A model generated the notes under the pieces. That model did not search any database and had not been told where the DNA came from. It saw nothing but the letters and a program-made list of their open reading frames with translations. Positions 39,375 to 49,800 of a stretch of DNA of 64,000 bases are shown here, piece by piece. The number at the start of each line of letters is the position of its first letter. The stretch's first letter is position 1. Source of the stretch: Candidatus Bathyarchaeota archaeon (GTDB lineage Archaea; Thermoproteota; Bathyarchaeia; Bathyarchaeales; Bathycorpusculaceae); NCBI GenBank assembly GCA_963720565.1, contig CAVRFW010000009.1, positions 32,001 through 96,000 on the forward strand, in the 5' to 3' direction. Both the position numbers and the translations under genes were made by a program.

Positions 39375-42333
39375 TTATCCGGTTCCTCCAATGGAGATTT
39401 GTAGTTCCACTTTTGTATCTTCGGCGAAATCCTCCCTCAACACTACAACAATTGTGTATAAACCTGTTTTCTCGACATTCCAAACCAGTAAAGGATTAAT
39501 CTCCCCAGCGACTATCGAGTTCGGGGACCTCGCAGCTAGTTCACGATGTTTCCACCATTCTGTAGTTTCTGAAGGTTCAATGACGCCTTCAAAGACCTCG
39601 ACACATATTTCTTTTCTATACGAGTTGGTTTGAACCAACACTCTATCATATTTGTCCAGAATCGGGAGGTATACCATAATTGTTGGAGGGGAAGTTTTCT
39701 CTGTCATTTCGCTTTTCAAAGAATAGAGTGAGACTTTTCCTTCGGCTTGAAGAGGTCACAGCCTCTATCTTGCTTATGGCAAAATCTTCGTTGTATGCGT
39801 GAAGTGCAAATTCCGTGAATTCTTTCTTGCTGACTGGAACCAAAAACTCGCGAACCTTCCATTCTCTCGTATCAGTTTTCTTGATGAATGTGTATTCAAA
39901 CCATTCTTTTGAGTATTCGTTGTATAGGTATATGCTCAGTTTATCTGTTCCTGAATCATAGTAGGTTAGCTTTACGCTAGTCAAGTTCGTTGTAACAACG
40001 CTGAATCTCGGAGAATCGCTTCCGGCGACAACAGACTGTACAGTGTTTCCGTTAACTGAATGAGGCTCACTCCATCCATCTTGACTAATTGCAATGGGCA
40101 TCGTAGAGTTTGCAGTTATATCTGAAACTTCAGCTGACCAAACACTATAGATTCTAGGGTAGCCATCGTAACTGATTTTGGGAAAAAATGGAGTTCCCAG
40201 AAACTGTGCCATTGGAAGTATGTCAAAGTGACCGTGTTCACGAGCCCAATCAACATCTAGAACGTATTTCACGTTCTCGCTGTTGAGATATTCAAGTATG
40301 CCGGATAAGCGGGAGATGTTATAGAGGTGCCGAGCTTCCCATCCGTCAAGGTAGAAGAAATAATCGTTGCTACAGTTTTTGACATAATATATTCTATTTT
40401 CGATTGTGGCAACTTTTTCGCCTTCATTCAAGTTTTCGTTAATCCATTCCCATGCTTCTGCCTCTGGGAACACGTTCTTAAGTGCAAGCCAGGTTTCAGC
40501 GTTTGGATTTTCTAGAAACCACAAATAGTTGTCACGTGGTTCATCTTGGATGTTATCCATTCCCACTTTGCCGCCCATGATATATGTTAGGCTGGGAAAC
40601 ATGAAAGCTACAATTAGTACTACGGTTATGCCCATCCTCAGCAAATCGGTTTTGCGGGGGAAAGGTATCTTGATTTTTGTTCGATTAAGTTTAGTTTTTG
40701 ATTGATTAGTAGTGGGATTGTCCTGTTTTGCGCATTTCTCTAGTGCTTTTAAGATAGGTAAGGCGCTAAGAAGTGCAAAGCCTGGCAGTGTGAAGACTAT
40801 GTGCCGTGGAAACCCCCATGTTATTCCGCTGAGAACGATTATGCTCAGCGTTGATGGCCACGCCAACAACAACCAGAACTTCTTGCTTTGAGTCGGAACA
40901 AATGTTATTCCTAGTATAGTGAGCAAGGAGATGGAAGGAAAATGCGTTTTGTACGTGAAAAAAATAATGGTTTTCAGCAGTAGGGGCATTTCGCCTCCGA
41001 AGAAAGCCGCCGTGGCAGATCGTCTTAAGCCTCTGAGGGTCGTCTCCATTATTAACGGGTCTATGTTTATTCCGCCAAGCACAGTATAACCAGTGGGGTA
41101 GATGGGATTTCCGAGCAAGACTAGATTTCGAAGATACCAGATTCCGCCAATTACTAGAGTCGATGAGATTAGCAGCAGGACAGTTTTTGTGTTTGTCCTG
41201 AACCCGTTCTTTTCTTTGACGAAATAATAGATTAAGGCGATAATGAAGAATGGTGCAAGATACAAGGCCAAGTATGAAGTTAACAGGGCAAACCCGTAGA
41301 ATACTCCGCTGGAAATCCAGTATCGGGATTTTGCTCTGATTATTGCAAGAAATAGAAACAGAACTGAAACAGTCCCAAAGAAGGTGAGGGTAGAGTAGCT
41401 GGTAGCAAAAATTGAATATCGAAAGAATAGAGGCGTCATTATAAGCAACAATGCCGACAATATCCCGTACCTTTTTCCAGCGAGAACTTCTCCGATTTTG
41501 TAGGTTGCAAGAACTGTTAGAATGCCCATAACAGGGGGGATGGCTCTCAGGTAGAAGTCTTCGATTAAGCCTATTTGCGTGTAGTAGTAAGCCCCGAGTG
41601 CAGAAAATAGAGGAGGAAAATTAGCACTCATTTCGATACCGATGGAGGGTCCGGCTATTACTGGAATGCCATGATTGTTGAACATGATTACAGACATTAC
41701 CGCATGGTAGACTGTGGCATCCCAATGTGTGATGACCGTTAACAATGCATGATAAAAGATGAAAAAGAATATTGTTACGATAGCGAGGCAGGCTAACAAC
41801 CACAGTCCAAGGTTGCTTGGTCTTCTAACTTTCCCCATGGTGAAATGGGCCTTGAGGAACTCGCGTGTTGAAGCTCTAAATTTCCCTTTGTGTCTGCGGA
41901 AACCTATCAAGAGAAGACCAGCCCCGACAAGTATGATGACTACGTTTAGCTGCAGTTGAAACAGGTTCCAGCAAATCCCCAAGACGATGGTTATTAAGGC
42001 TGTTAATCCTGTTCCCAACCCGAGCGCACTTATGAAATTGATGACCGGGTCTTTTTCATCAGCCAATAATGTGTTGGATGAGATACCTCCGAGAATTAGA
42101 ATTTCAACTGTTGCCAGAAAGGCTAAAGGGGCACCATCAATTTGAACCGGCATATAATTGATAGTTGGGTTGGCTATCCAAGATGCAACTCGTTGAAATG
42201 CTGCTAACCATGTTTGGTTTGTGTAGACATACACAAGCCAGGCAGAAACCAGAGAAATCAAGATTGACAGCGGCAGTATTAGGGTGGGTGTTGTTTCTTT
42301 CTTGTCTGGTTCTGGCATGGCTTGGTTTTCCAT
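39375..42333 (-). CDS. GT-C fold membrane glycosyltransferase, paralog of the neighbour; frameshift near 39730
   Basis: HWDATVYH, FPPL, WYLRN...GNPIYP, AWEWINEN. ORF 39375-39719 resembles the neighbour's C-terminal domain. Confidence 0.8.
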
Positions 42334-42683
42334 GTTAAGGTCTCACTATTTTTCGATTATTGATTGACTTGAACGTGCGACAGCCGATTTGGAGAGCCAT
42401 ACTGTAGCTTGCAGGCATCAGCATTAGAACCCCATTGCCCAGTTGCCCTCAGTTCCGTAGTTGAATGGAAGTTTATTTAAAACCTCTGTTTGTAGTCACG
42501 TCACCTTTCCAACATTGCGCTTGTAGAATGTCAACACCAATGATTTTAAACTTCCAGGAAGCGCGAATCACAATCTCTATACCCAGCTGTTTTGTCCTCC
42601 AACCATTCAGGGAAATTCCGTAGGTAATCGACAAACTCGGGATTTGAGTTCTCAAAGCAATCAGAAGGCATCGCCCTCGTGAT

Positions 42684-44684
42684 CTAATAGATCACCTTGA
42701 TGACCCAAGCATTGTTTTCATTGAATGCAAGCTCATAATGAGGACTGCTTAGGAATAGATACGCATCATAGTTGTTTCTCCATTCTTGAACTTGAGCACT
42801 GACGCTATCGCTGAGATATATGTATGAGATATTGTATTTCTTCAAGATAGATAATGCCTCTGACGAGTTAGGATGTTTTGCGACGATAATGCTCTCATCT
42901 TGTCTTGCAAACATAATATTTGACCATCCAACTTCGGATATGCTCAATAACGGCATAACAATACGTCTGTGGCTGATTGTAGGTATCCAAGTACTTGGAG
43001 TTCCAATCCAGTGATCGTTGAAGATTACGGCGTTTTCATTTGTATTGTGCAAAATCCAAATTATTGCATTATAGTCGGCGGTAGCCATTCGGTTTGTTTG
43101 AAGACCGCTCACAAAGTCGTTGGTGGTTTCAGGTTTCCAGAATACGATCGTTGCTCCGAGAATAACTGTGGAAAAAAGAAGAGTTGCTACGAGAACAATG
43201 TGCCAATTAGTCTTTATCAGTTTGTATGAAGAGTTTGGAACTCTTTTCTTAAGGAAGTCATAAGCTTTGACAAAACCAATTCCGGTCAACACCGTAAAAG
43301 GCAATGATAGTGTGGGATTGAGGAATGTCCCTGATTGGAGATAGTACCAACCTGGGAAGTGAATCTTGAATATTTCATTCAATATTAGAAGAAATATGCT
43401 GAGAAACCATGCTAGGAGAAAGCTGCCAATTCTCCTTCTGACCCTGATAAGGAGTAAACCTAAAATCCCGAAAAGGAACAACCAGTAGCCATAATACATA
43501 AAGATGTTTGCAGAACCGATTTCACTTCGTAGCGAATACTTTTCAAACCACAACAAAAGCGTCTCATATTCCCTTGTGGGAACTTCAATTGTCAACCTAT
43601 TAAGAATGTTAAGAACCCACGGGGAAGACAGCGTAATTCCACTGGTAATGATTGCTGTTACCCCCAAAAGGCTTTCTTTCCTTTGTTTAAAAAAGATCAA
43701 TCCAAATGAAAAGAACAGAATAACAAAAAGTGTAGCGGTTATGAATGAAAGGGTGTAGGTTAAGAACAGACTTGCCAGTGTGATGCCTGCCAGTATTAAC
43801 AGTTTGCATTTCCCGGTAATTGAATAGAGATATGAAAAGAGTAGCAGACTCAAAGTTAATGATAACCCGACCAGTGCTGGAAATCGACCCGTAACTATCA
43901 TTTGATAGAAACTAACTGAGAGCAGAGCGGAGAAAATTGCTGAACAAAGTGCAACTCTGTAGTCATTTAATACTCTGCGTGTTAGGACAAATATTTCGCC
44001 ATGAATTATAGCAAAAAATGCCGAAAAAAAAGAAACAAGAGCTGGCATGGATACTGCTGGGTCCAGGAGGTAGAGAAAAGCTATTACTGACGGGTATCCT
44101 GGCGGATACGTGAATTGGGATTGCTCAGGAAAGTATGGTGCCCAAGATTGCGGTATTTCACCCTGCTGAACAATCATGGTCGCAGCCAATGTAGATGTAG
44201 CTGGATCATCACCCATGGGGATTAAAATTCCATTTTTTGGAAATGGAACAGATATTAGAACAATTGAAGCAATAATAGAAAGTATCAGGATAGAATATTT
44301 AGAAGAAAAGGTAAATGACCTGCAACTTGCTTTTCGCAGTTTCCCTTGTTTCCAAGAATATGCTAGCAAAGGAACCGATAATAAGAGTGTAGCTGTGATG
44401 ATCGCATATTCATTTATTGGCACATTTAGTAGTGTTAAATAGAGTGCCATCAATGACGTAAACGCTATTCCAATTACGGGGGAAAGAATTACTCTTTCTA
44501 AGAGGTCGAATTCGTCTGAGACTATCGCCTGTAGAATTGAAAAACCCGGAAGAAACAAAATGAATAAGACCCTGACCGTGACCGAGAGGGCAGCCGTACC
44601 TCCGACTAAGAACACAACAAGAACTAGAAAAAAACTAAGAACTATAGGTGCAAAATTTGGTCTTTGCTCATATCGGAGGCGCAT
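42684..44684 (-). CDS. GT-C-like polytopic membrane protein (DUF1616-type N-terminus)
   Basis: LFLPGF..LERVILS, GDDP loop, YPPGY, DYNAIIWI..NT, ILKKYNISYIY. Confidence 0.75.
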   Translation of the reverse strand: MRLRYEQRPNFAPIVLSFFLVLVVFLVGGTAALSVTVRVLFILFLPGFSILQAIVSDEFDLLERVILSPVIGIAFTSLMALYLTLLNVPINEYAIITATLLLSVPLLAYSWKQGKLRKASCRSFTFSSKYSILILSIIASIVLISVPFPKNGILIPMGDDPATSTLAATMIVQQGEIPQSWAPYFPEQSQFTYPPGYPSVIAFLYLLDPAVSMPALVSFFSAFFAIIHGEIFVLTRRVLNDYRVALCSAIFSALLSVSFYQMIVTGRFPALVGLSLTLSLLLFSYLYSITGKCKLLILAGITLASLFLTYTLSFITATLFVILFFSFGLIFFKQRKESLLGVTAIITSGITLSSPWVLNILNRLTIEVPTREYETLLLWFEKYSLRSEIGSANIFMYYGYWLFLFGILGLLLIRVRRRIGSFLLAWFLSIFLLILNEIFKIHFPGWYYLQSGTFLNPTLSLPFTVLTGIGFVKAYDFLKKRVPNSSYKLIKTNWHIVLVATLLFSTVILGATIVFWKPETTNDFVSGLQTNRMATADYNAIIWILHNTNENAVIFNDHWIGTPSTWIPTISHRRIVMPLLSISEVGWSNIMFARQDESIIVAKHPNSSEALSILKKYNISYIYLSDSVSAQVQEWRNNYDAYLFLSSPHYELAFNENNAWVIKVIY

Positions 44685-44890
44685 TGAAAGTACCTTTTCA
44701 GCTTCCTACTGAAACATTTACCTTCTGTAGGGGCTACTAATAGTTAAATCCTTACTAATTCAAGTTTTTCCAGTAGCGTATATTTGCCGCCTAGACTTAA
44801 CACGGGTTTTAGTCAAACAGCAAGTTTTATTGCTGAAGCTTAAAGTTAAGTGTGATAGGCATTAAGCATGTGGTAAGAGGTTCGGTGACG

Positions 44891-46039
44891 TTGAGGAAAC
44901 ACTGGTTTCACATATCCTTGATTCTATGTATTGCTCTGCCGATAATGACGTTAGTTTTTCTAGATTACTATGACTTGGAGGGTTATAACTACCGTTATAA
45001 CGGTGAAACAGGGAGCTTTGAAAGCTGGCCTAACATGTATTTTAATGAAAGCTTTCTTTTCGAGTTGACTTGGAAAGGCCGCATGTTCCTGCTGGTGTTT
45101 CTTTGGATTCTTTTGGTTGAGTCAGCAATTGATTGGAAAAAACTTATGGATGAAAAACCAGAGAGTCGCAGCGTTATGCTTGCTTCCATAGTCTGCGCGT
45201 TTATTCCGACGGTGTATGTGTTGGCGACCAGTTTTTTTGGGTTTGATTTGACAGTTTTGAGAATAGGGCAGGAGGTTTTTGGTATTCGAAGTGTCACCAG
45301 TGCGAATGAACCTTGGGACTTTCTGCATTTGCAATGGCCTATATCATGCGAGTACATAGTTTTTGCAGTGTTTTTTATTGGCGCGGTAATGTTGGCTTAT
45401 AGAACTAAGGGATTGAAAAGCCTCTCCATTTCTTTAGCTCTTCTCGGAGGAATAGGCGTTGCATACATGTTTGACACTATTTACCCCTTTGGCATTTTTC
45501 GACCTCTTCAAGCGTTTGCTCTTCCCACGTCTGCGGTAGCCGCTGCCCTCTTTGACCTTTTGGGATACACGGTGCGGTTAGTTTTTCCAGTATACAGTGT
45601 TGAGTCTTATCTTCCAGCTTTAACGGTTACTGCGGGTGAAAGAACCGCTTCTGTTACAATTGCCTGGGCTTGTGCGGGGGTTCAAAGTTTGCTGCTTTAT
45701 CTTGTGATAATTCTTGTTTTCTTCAAGAAAGCGGATATTTCAGCTTTCCGGAAACTGGCGTATTTTATTATAGGCCTCTTCGGCACTTTCTTTGTGAACG
45801 TTCTCAGGGTGTTCTCGATTCTTATTGTTATGCTCGATTATGGCAAAGAGGCTGGAGAGATTTTCCATAATACATATGGCGAAATATACTCTGTCATCTG
45901 GATTTTGCTGTTTATCCTGCTGATTGGTTTTATTGAAAGATTCATGTTGGTCGAGAGGACAAAGCATGCTTTTCACATGGTCAGCGATTATCTTGGAGCT
46001 GCAAAAAACAAGATTTTTGCGCTGCGGCGTCAACTTTGA
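44891..46039 (+). CDS. Exosortase/archaeosortase family protein
   Basis: Multi-TM with Cys-Arg-His triad: IAWACAGVQS, VNVLRV, IFHNTYGE. Start TTG after GGTGA. Confidence 0.88.
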   Translation: MRKHWFHISLILCIALPIMTLVFLDYYDLEGYNYRYNGETGSFESWPNMYFNESFLFELTWKGRMFLLVFLWILLVESAIDWKKLMDEKPESRSVMLASIVCAFIPTVYVLATSFFGFDLTVLRIGQEVFGIRSVTSANEPWDFLHLQWPISCEYIVFAVFFIGAVMLAYRTKGLKSLSISLALLGGIGVAYMFDTIYPFGIFRPLQAFALPTSAVAAALFDLLGYTVRLVFPVYSVESYLPALTVTAGERTASVTIAWACAGVQSLLLYLVIILVFFKKADISAFRKLAYFIIGLFGTFFVNVLRVFSILIVMLDYGKEAGEIFHNTYGEIYSVIWILLFILLIGFIERFMLVERTKHAFHMVSDYLGAAKNKIFALRRQL

Positions 46040-46097
46040 CTCTGTTTTTGTTTTGTGAATATTTCAGTTTCGTTTTCTTTTGATACTAATTAGAATG

Positions 46098-47264
46098 CTA
46101 AGTCTTTCCGTACTTTCTAAACAGTAGTATTCCTACAAGCAATGTAGCAATGCTTACAACCGATACCACTATGATGTCCAGCATTATCGTGGGACTGTTT
46201 ACTGGTGCTCCCCTCAAAAACAGAGAAGTCAAGGCGTCGGTTACATAGTAGCTTGGAACGAACTTGCCTGCGGACTGGGCAACTGCGGACAATGCGGAGC
46301 CAACGAAAGTCCCCAAAAACATTTGTGGCATTATAAAAATAAAAGCTAATCCTGTTGCTGCTCCTGATGATTTTGCCAGGGTCGCGGTTATCAAGCCAAA
46401 CCCCACGTTGCAGAGAGAGAAGATCAAGACTATGACGAAAGCCACCACAAATGTGACAGCGTCACCCTTTGGACGATAACCAACAATGTATGCCATTAGA
46501 AAAACAATAACCGCCTGGACAAGAGCACTGACCATGTTTGAAATGACTTGACTAGACATTACTTCTGATGCAGTTGTGGGTGTGACCATGATTCTTCTCA
46601 GCAGTCCAGACTCTCTGTCATCGGCAAAAGACTGTGCAACTATCATAATTAGAAAAATTGACGCAAAAGCGAACAGTCCAGGTGCAAAAAACTCGAATGT
46701 TGTCGTGATGGTTGCTTTAACCATAGAGGGATTGCTTATTTGAACGGGTATAGCTGCTGACTTGGTTTGTTTTCCAAATATGGTTTCAGTTAATGTCTGC
46801 TGGATTATCGGTTGAATTGCCTGTGTGGCAAACATTGACCCGCTGTCCACATAGACTTGAAGGGTTGTGTTGACCCACTGGTTCGGCTTGTCTGGTGCGA
46901 GCCAGTACGAGCTGCAACTTTGTTCGAAATCTTCTGGAACCTGAATTATGGCTGAGATTTTTCCCTGTACAAGATCGGTCTGTGCAGTCTCGTTATCTGG
47001 ATAGAATTGAATCTCCAGAATTTCTAGCTCTGTGAGATTTCCAATTAGAGATTGTGTCCATATCTGACTTTGCTCAGCGGGGGCATCGTCTACTACGCCA
47101 AGAATGTAAGTAGCTGACTGGCTTCCACCAATTCCGCCGAAAGCTAATCCAAAAGTAAGGGTCATTACTGCTGGAAAAAGAATAATCATGAACAGTACTG
47201 CTGGCTCTCTGATTAGTTTTTTCAAATCCTTTCTGGCGAGAGCAAAGACTCGTTGGAAATTCAT
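46098..47264 (-). CDS. ABC-2 exporter permease with large extracellular loop
   Basis: ARKDLKKLIRE, GVVD, DRESGLLRRIMVTP. Confidence 0.9.
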   Translation of the reverse strand: MNFQRVFALARKDLKKLIREPAVLFMIILFPAVMTLTFGLAFGGIGGSQSATYILGVVDDAPAEQSQIWTQSLIGNLTELEILEIQFYPDNETAQTDLVQGKISAIIQVPEDFEQSCSSYWLAPDKPNQWVNTTLQVYVDSGSMFATQAIQPIIQQTLTETIFGKQTKSAAIPVQISNPSMVKATITTTFEFFAPGLFAFASIFLIMIVAQSFADDRESGLLRRIMVTPTTASEVMSSQVISNMVSALVQAVIVFLMAYIVGYRPKGDAVTFVVAFVIVLIFSLCNVGFGLITATLAKSSGAATGLAFIFIMPQMFLGTFVGSALSAVAQSAGKFVPSYYVTDALTSLFLRGAPVNSPTIMLDIIVVSVVSIATLLVGILLFRKYGKT

Positions 47265-47265
47265 G

Positions 47266-48012
47266 CTACACTTCTTCCCTTATCTTTCGGCCTGTCAGCC
47301 TTATGAAGACCTCTTCCAGATCATTTGCTTTGAACTCGTCCTTAAGTTGCCTCGGAGAACCTAAGGCAATCAGTCTACCGTGATCTATTATTCCGATACG
47401 ATCACAAAGCTCCTCTGCCTCTTCCATGTAGTGCGTGGTTAGAATAATCGTTTTTCCTTTCTTCCTTAACTCTCTGGTGAAATCCCAAACTGCGTGACGA
47501 GACTGAGGATCCATTGCAACAGTAGGCTCGTCGAGAAAAGCTATCTGGGGATCATGAACCAATGCCATGATGAGATTAATCCGCCGCTTCATTCCCCCAC
47601 TGTATTTTCCCAAGCGTCTGTCCGCATCTTCCCAAAGCCCCAGCTTTTCAAGAAGCTCATTGGTGTTCTTCTTCAGTTTCTCCTTGGGCATTGTGTGGAG
47701 ATTTCCAAACAACTCAACATTTTCTCTTCCAGACAAGAAGGGATAAGCTACTGCCTCCTGCGGGCAAACTCCAATAATCCTCTTGACCTTCGCAGCTTCT
47801 TTTAGGACGTTCAGGCCTCCAACATAAACCGAACCGCTGGTTGGCTTCAGCAAACCGCAGAGCGTGTTTATAACAGTTGATTTTCCCGCGCCATTCGGCC
47901 CCAACAAGCCGAAGAGTTCACCTTTCTCAATTTTGAGGCTGATTCCGTCTACCGCAATGACGTCCTCGAAATTCTTAGTCAGATTTTCTATCGCTATTTC
48001 TGACTCTTTCAA
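47266..48012 (-). CDS. ABC exporter ATP-binding protein
   Basis: GPNGAGKST, YSGGMKRR, FLDEPT, TTHYMEEA. Confidence 0.93.
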   Translation of the reverse strand: MKESEIAIENLTKNFEDVIAVDGISLKIEKGELFGLLGPNGAGKSTVINTLCGLLKPTSGSVYVGGLNVLKEAAKVKRIIGVCPQEAVAYPFLSGRENVELFGNLHTMPKEKLKKNTNELLEKLGLWEDADRRLGKYSGGMKRRINLIMALVHDPQIAFLDEPTVAMDPQSRHAVWDFTRELRKKGKTIILTTHYMEEAEELCDRIGIIDHGRLIALGSPRQLKDEFKANDLEEVFIRLTGRKIREEV

Positions 48013-48223
48013 TTCTTTCTCCTTAACTCAGAAACTACCGATAGACTATTTATCACTTTTCACCTCACCCGAACCTTCAAGTGGTCCCATCAGCCTTATA
48101 GGCGGAATCTGATGTTAACTTGGAAGAAAGAATAGCTGGTCCACAAGAAAAAGAGGTTGACTCTCCCTTGCTTCATCTTGATAGTGAATCGTGGGGAAGG
48201 CGGACTTGAAAGCTTGAATTCTG

Positions 48224-49073
48224 CTAGGATGTGTTTCTTTGTATGAATGCTTTTACAGCTACGGCGAGATTTTCACAGGCAATTCGCCGATCGTTCTTGG
48301 AACTGTCAATATCTAAACCTTCAATCTGCTTTTCAAGATTCTGCTTCTCTTCAATCATGACTTGTTTCTCGTTTTCGTATTCATCCCCAAGTTTTCTCTG
48401 ACTCTCATGAAAATTCCTATCAACCAATTCCAGTTCTTTCCTAGCGGAATCGAGTCTTGAAACCACATCTGTCATTTTCTTGGCCTTGGCTCTTCTTGAA
48501 GCGAGGCTAAAAATGTTTGCTTTGATTTGTTTGGTCTGGTCAAATTCTTGTTCAAGTTCACTTACAACTCGGGTTAAACGCTGATTTTCACTGTTCCTTC
48601 TTGAGGCCAGGTTTCCGGACGCAGTAGCGTATTCCATGTCTCTCTGTGTTTGAAGCTGATTCTTTTCTGCAAGTTTTCTTACGGCTTCTCCAAGAACAGT
48701 CTCTTCGCGTCGTCTATTGGCAAATTCTTGCTCAATAATTGAGATTATTCGTGAGCGCTCGTTCTATGAACCAATCGTCAAGTTTGACCGCTGGATTTGA
48801 CTCAAATTCAGATATGACGCTTTCAAGGCTGATTATCCAATCATTAAAATATTGGCTGAATGGAGAAAAAGCAAAGATCTGATTTCCCAAACTTTGCAGT
48901 CTATTAAGCGTTTTTTCAACAATTTTTTCGGCTGTGGGACTCTGGTCCTCTTCTATAACATATCTCTCGGCGGATCGGTGTTGATGTCCTTTAGTTTTCG
49001 ACTTTTCGTGGTGCGTTTTCGATGTTGCTCGTCCGGTTCCATGCCGTGCGCTCCTTTGGGGTCGATAGCTCAT
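48224..49073 (-). CDS. Coiled-coil hypothetical protein with basic N-terminal tail; frameshift near 48760
   Basis: Two collinear pieces: R/K/H-rich N-terminus, LGNQIFAFSPFSQYF, then heptad-rich region. Confidence 0.6.
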
Positions 49074-49158
49074 TTCGCGAACCTTCCTATTTCGTGATGA
49101 TTAATGTGATTTTAATTGTTAAGAGTTTCTGCTACCCTCAAATCCTTGTTACCTAAGG

Positions 49159-49800
49159 CTAAAGCGGATATCTGCATGGAACAAGCTTGCAGAGCATCCC
49201 GTGAGCGCTCTTCTTTCCCAGTTCAAATGCCTTCAAATTCTGTTCAACCGTTTTCTTCGGTACCGCGTCTGAAATGCTCTCTCTAATGAAGTTCTCCTCA
49301 ACTGGAAACGCTTCAAGTGCCGATAAACACCCGAGGAAAACCGTGTTTTCAGTGTTTATGTTTCCGCTTTCTCTAGCCAGAGCCAAGGCATCAACCACTG
49401 CTATCTTGTTTGTCCATTTCCTCAGGTTTGAAACGACATCTTCGAGTGTAATGTACTTCGTTCCTTTCGAAGCAACAATTCTTGCGGTTTCTACCGGCGG
49501 ATGCATAACCCTGCTATTCATAAGAACTATTCCATCCTTCTTCAAGTACTCCAAGTAACGCAGAGCTTCGATAGCTTCAAGTGCCAGAAGTACATCTGCC
49601 CCTCCATAGGGAATAAGAGGAGAAAACACGTCTTCGCCAATTCTCAAATGCACGGAAACAGCTCCGCTTCTCTGGCTCAGCCCGTACATTTCCCCAGTGA
49701 CTACCTTCCTGCCCTTCTTGACACATGCGTCACCTATCACGCTCGTTAAAAGCACAAGTCCCTGTCCGCCGACACCGCAAATAAAGATGTTAAGACTCAT
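49159..49800 (-). CDS. iorB: Indolepyruvate:ferredoxin oxidoreductase beta subunit
   Basis: GVGGQG, GLSQRSGAV, EALRY, NLKAFELG. Confidence 0.92.
   Translation of the reverse strand: MSLNIFICGVGGQGLVLLTSVIGDACVKKGRKVVTGEMYGLSQRSGAVSVHLRIGEDVFSPLIPYGGADVLLALEAIEALRYLEYLKKDGIVLMNSRVMHPPVETARIVASKGTKYITLEDVVSNLRKWTNKIAVVDALALARESGNINTENTVFLGCLSALEAFPVEENFIRESISDAVPKKTVEQNLKAFELGKKSAHGMLCKLVPCRYPL

Noticed and set aside
42334..42683. 350-bp gap between GT-C genes with short ORFs
   Set aside because: No recognisable product or repeat; probably promoter/UTR.
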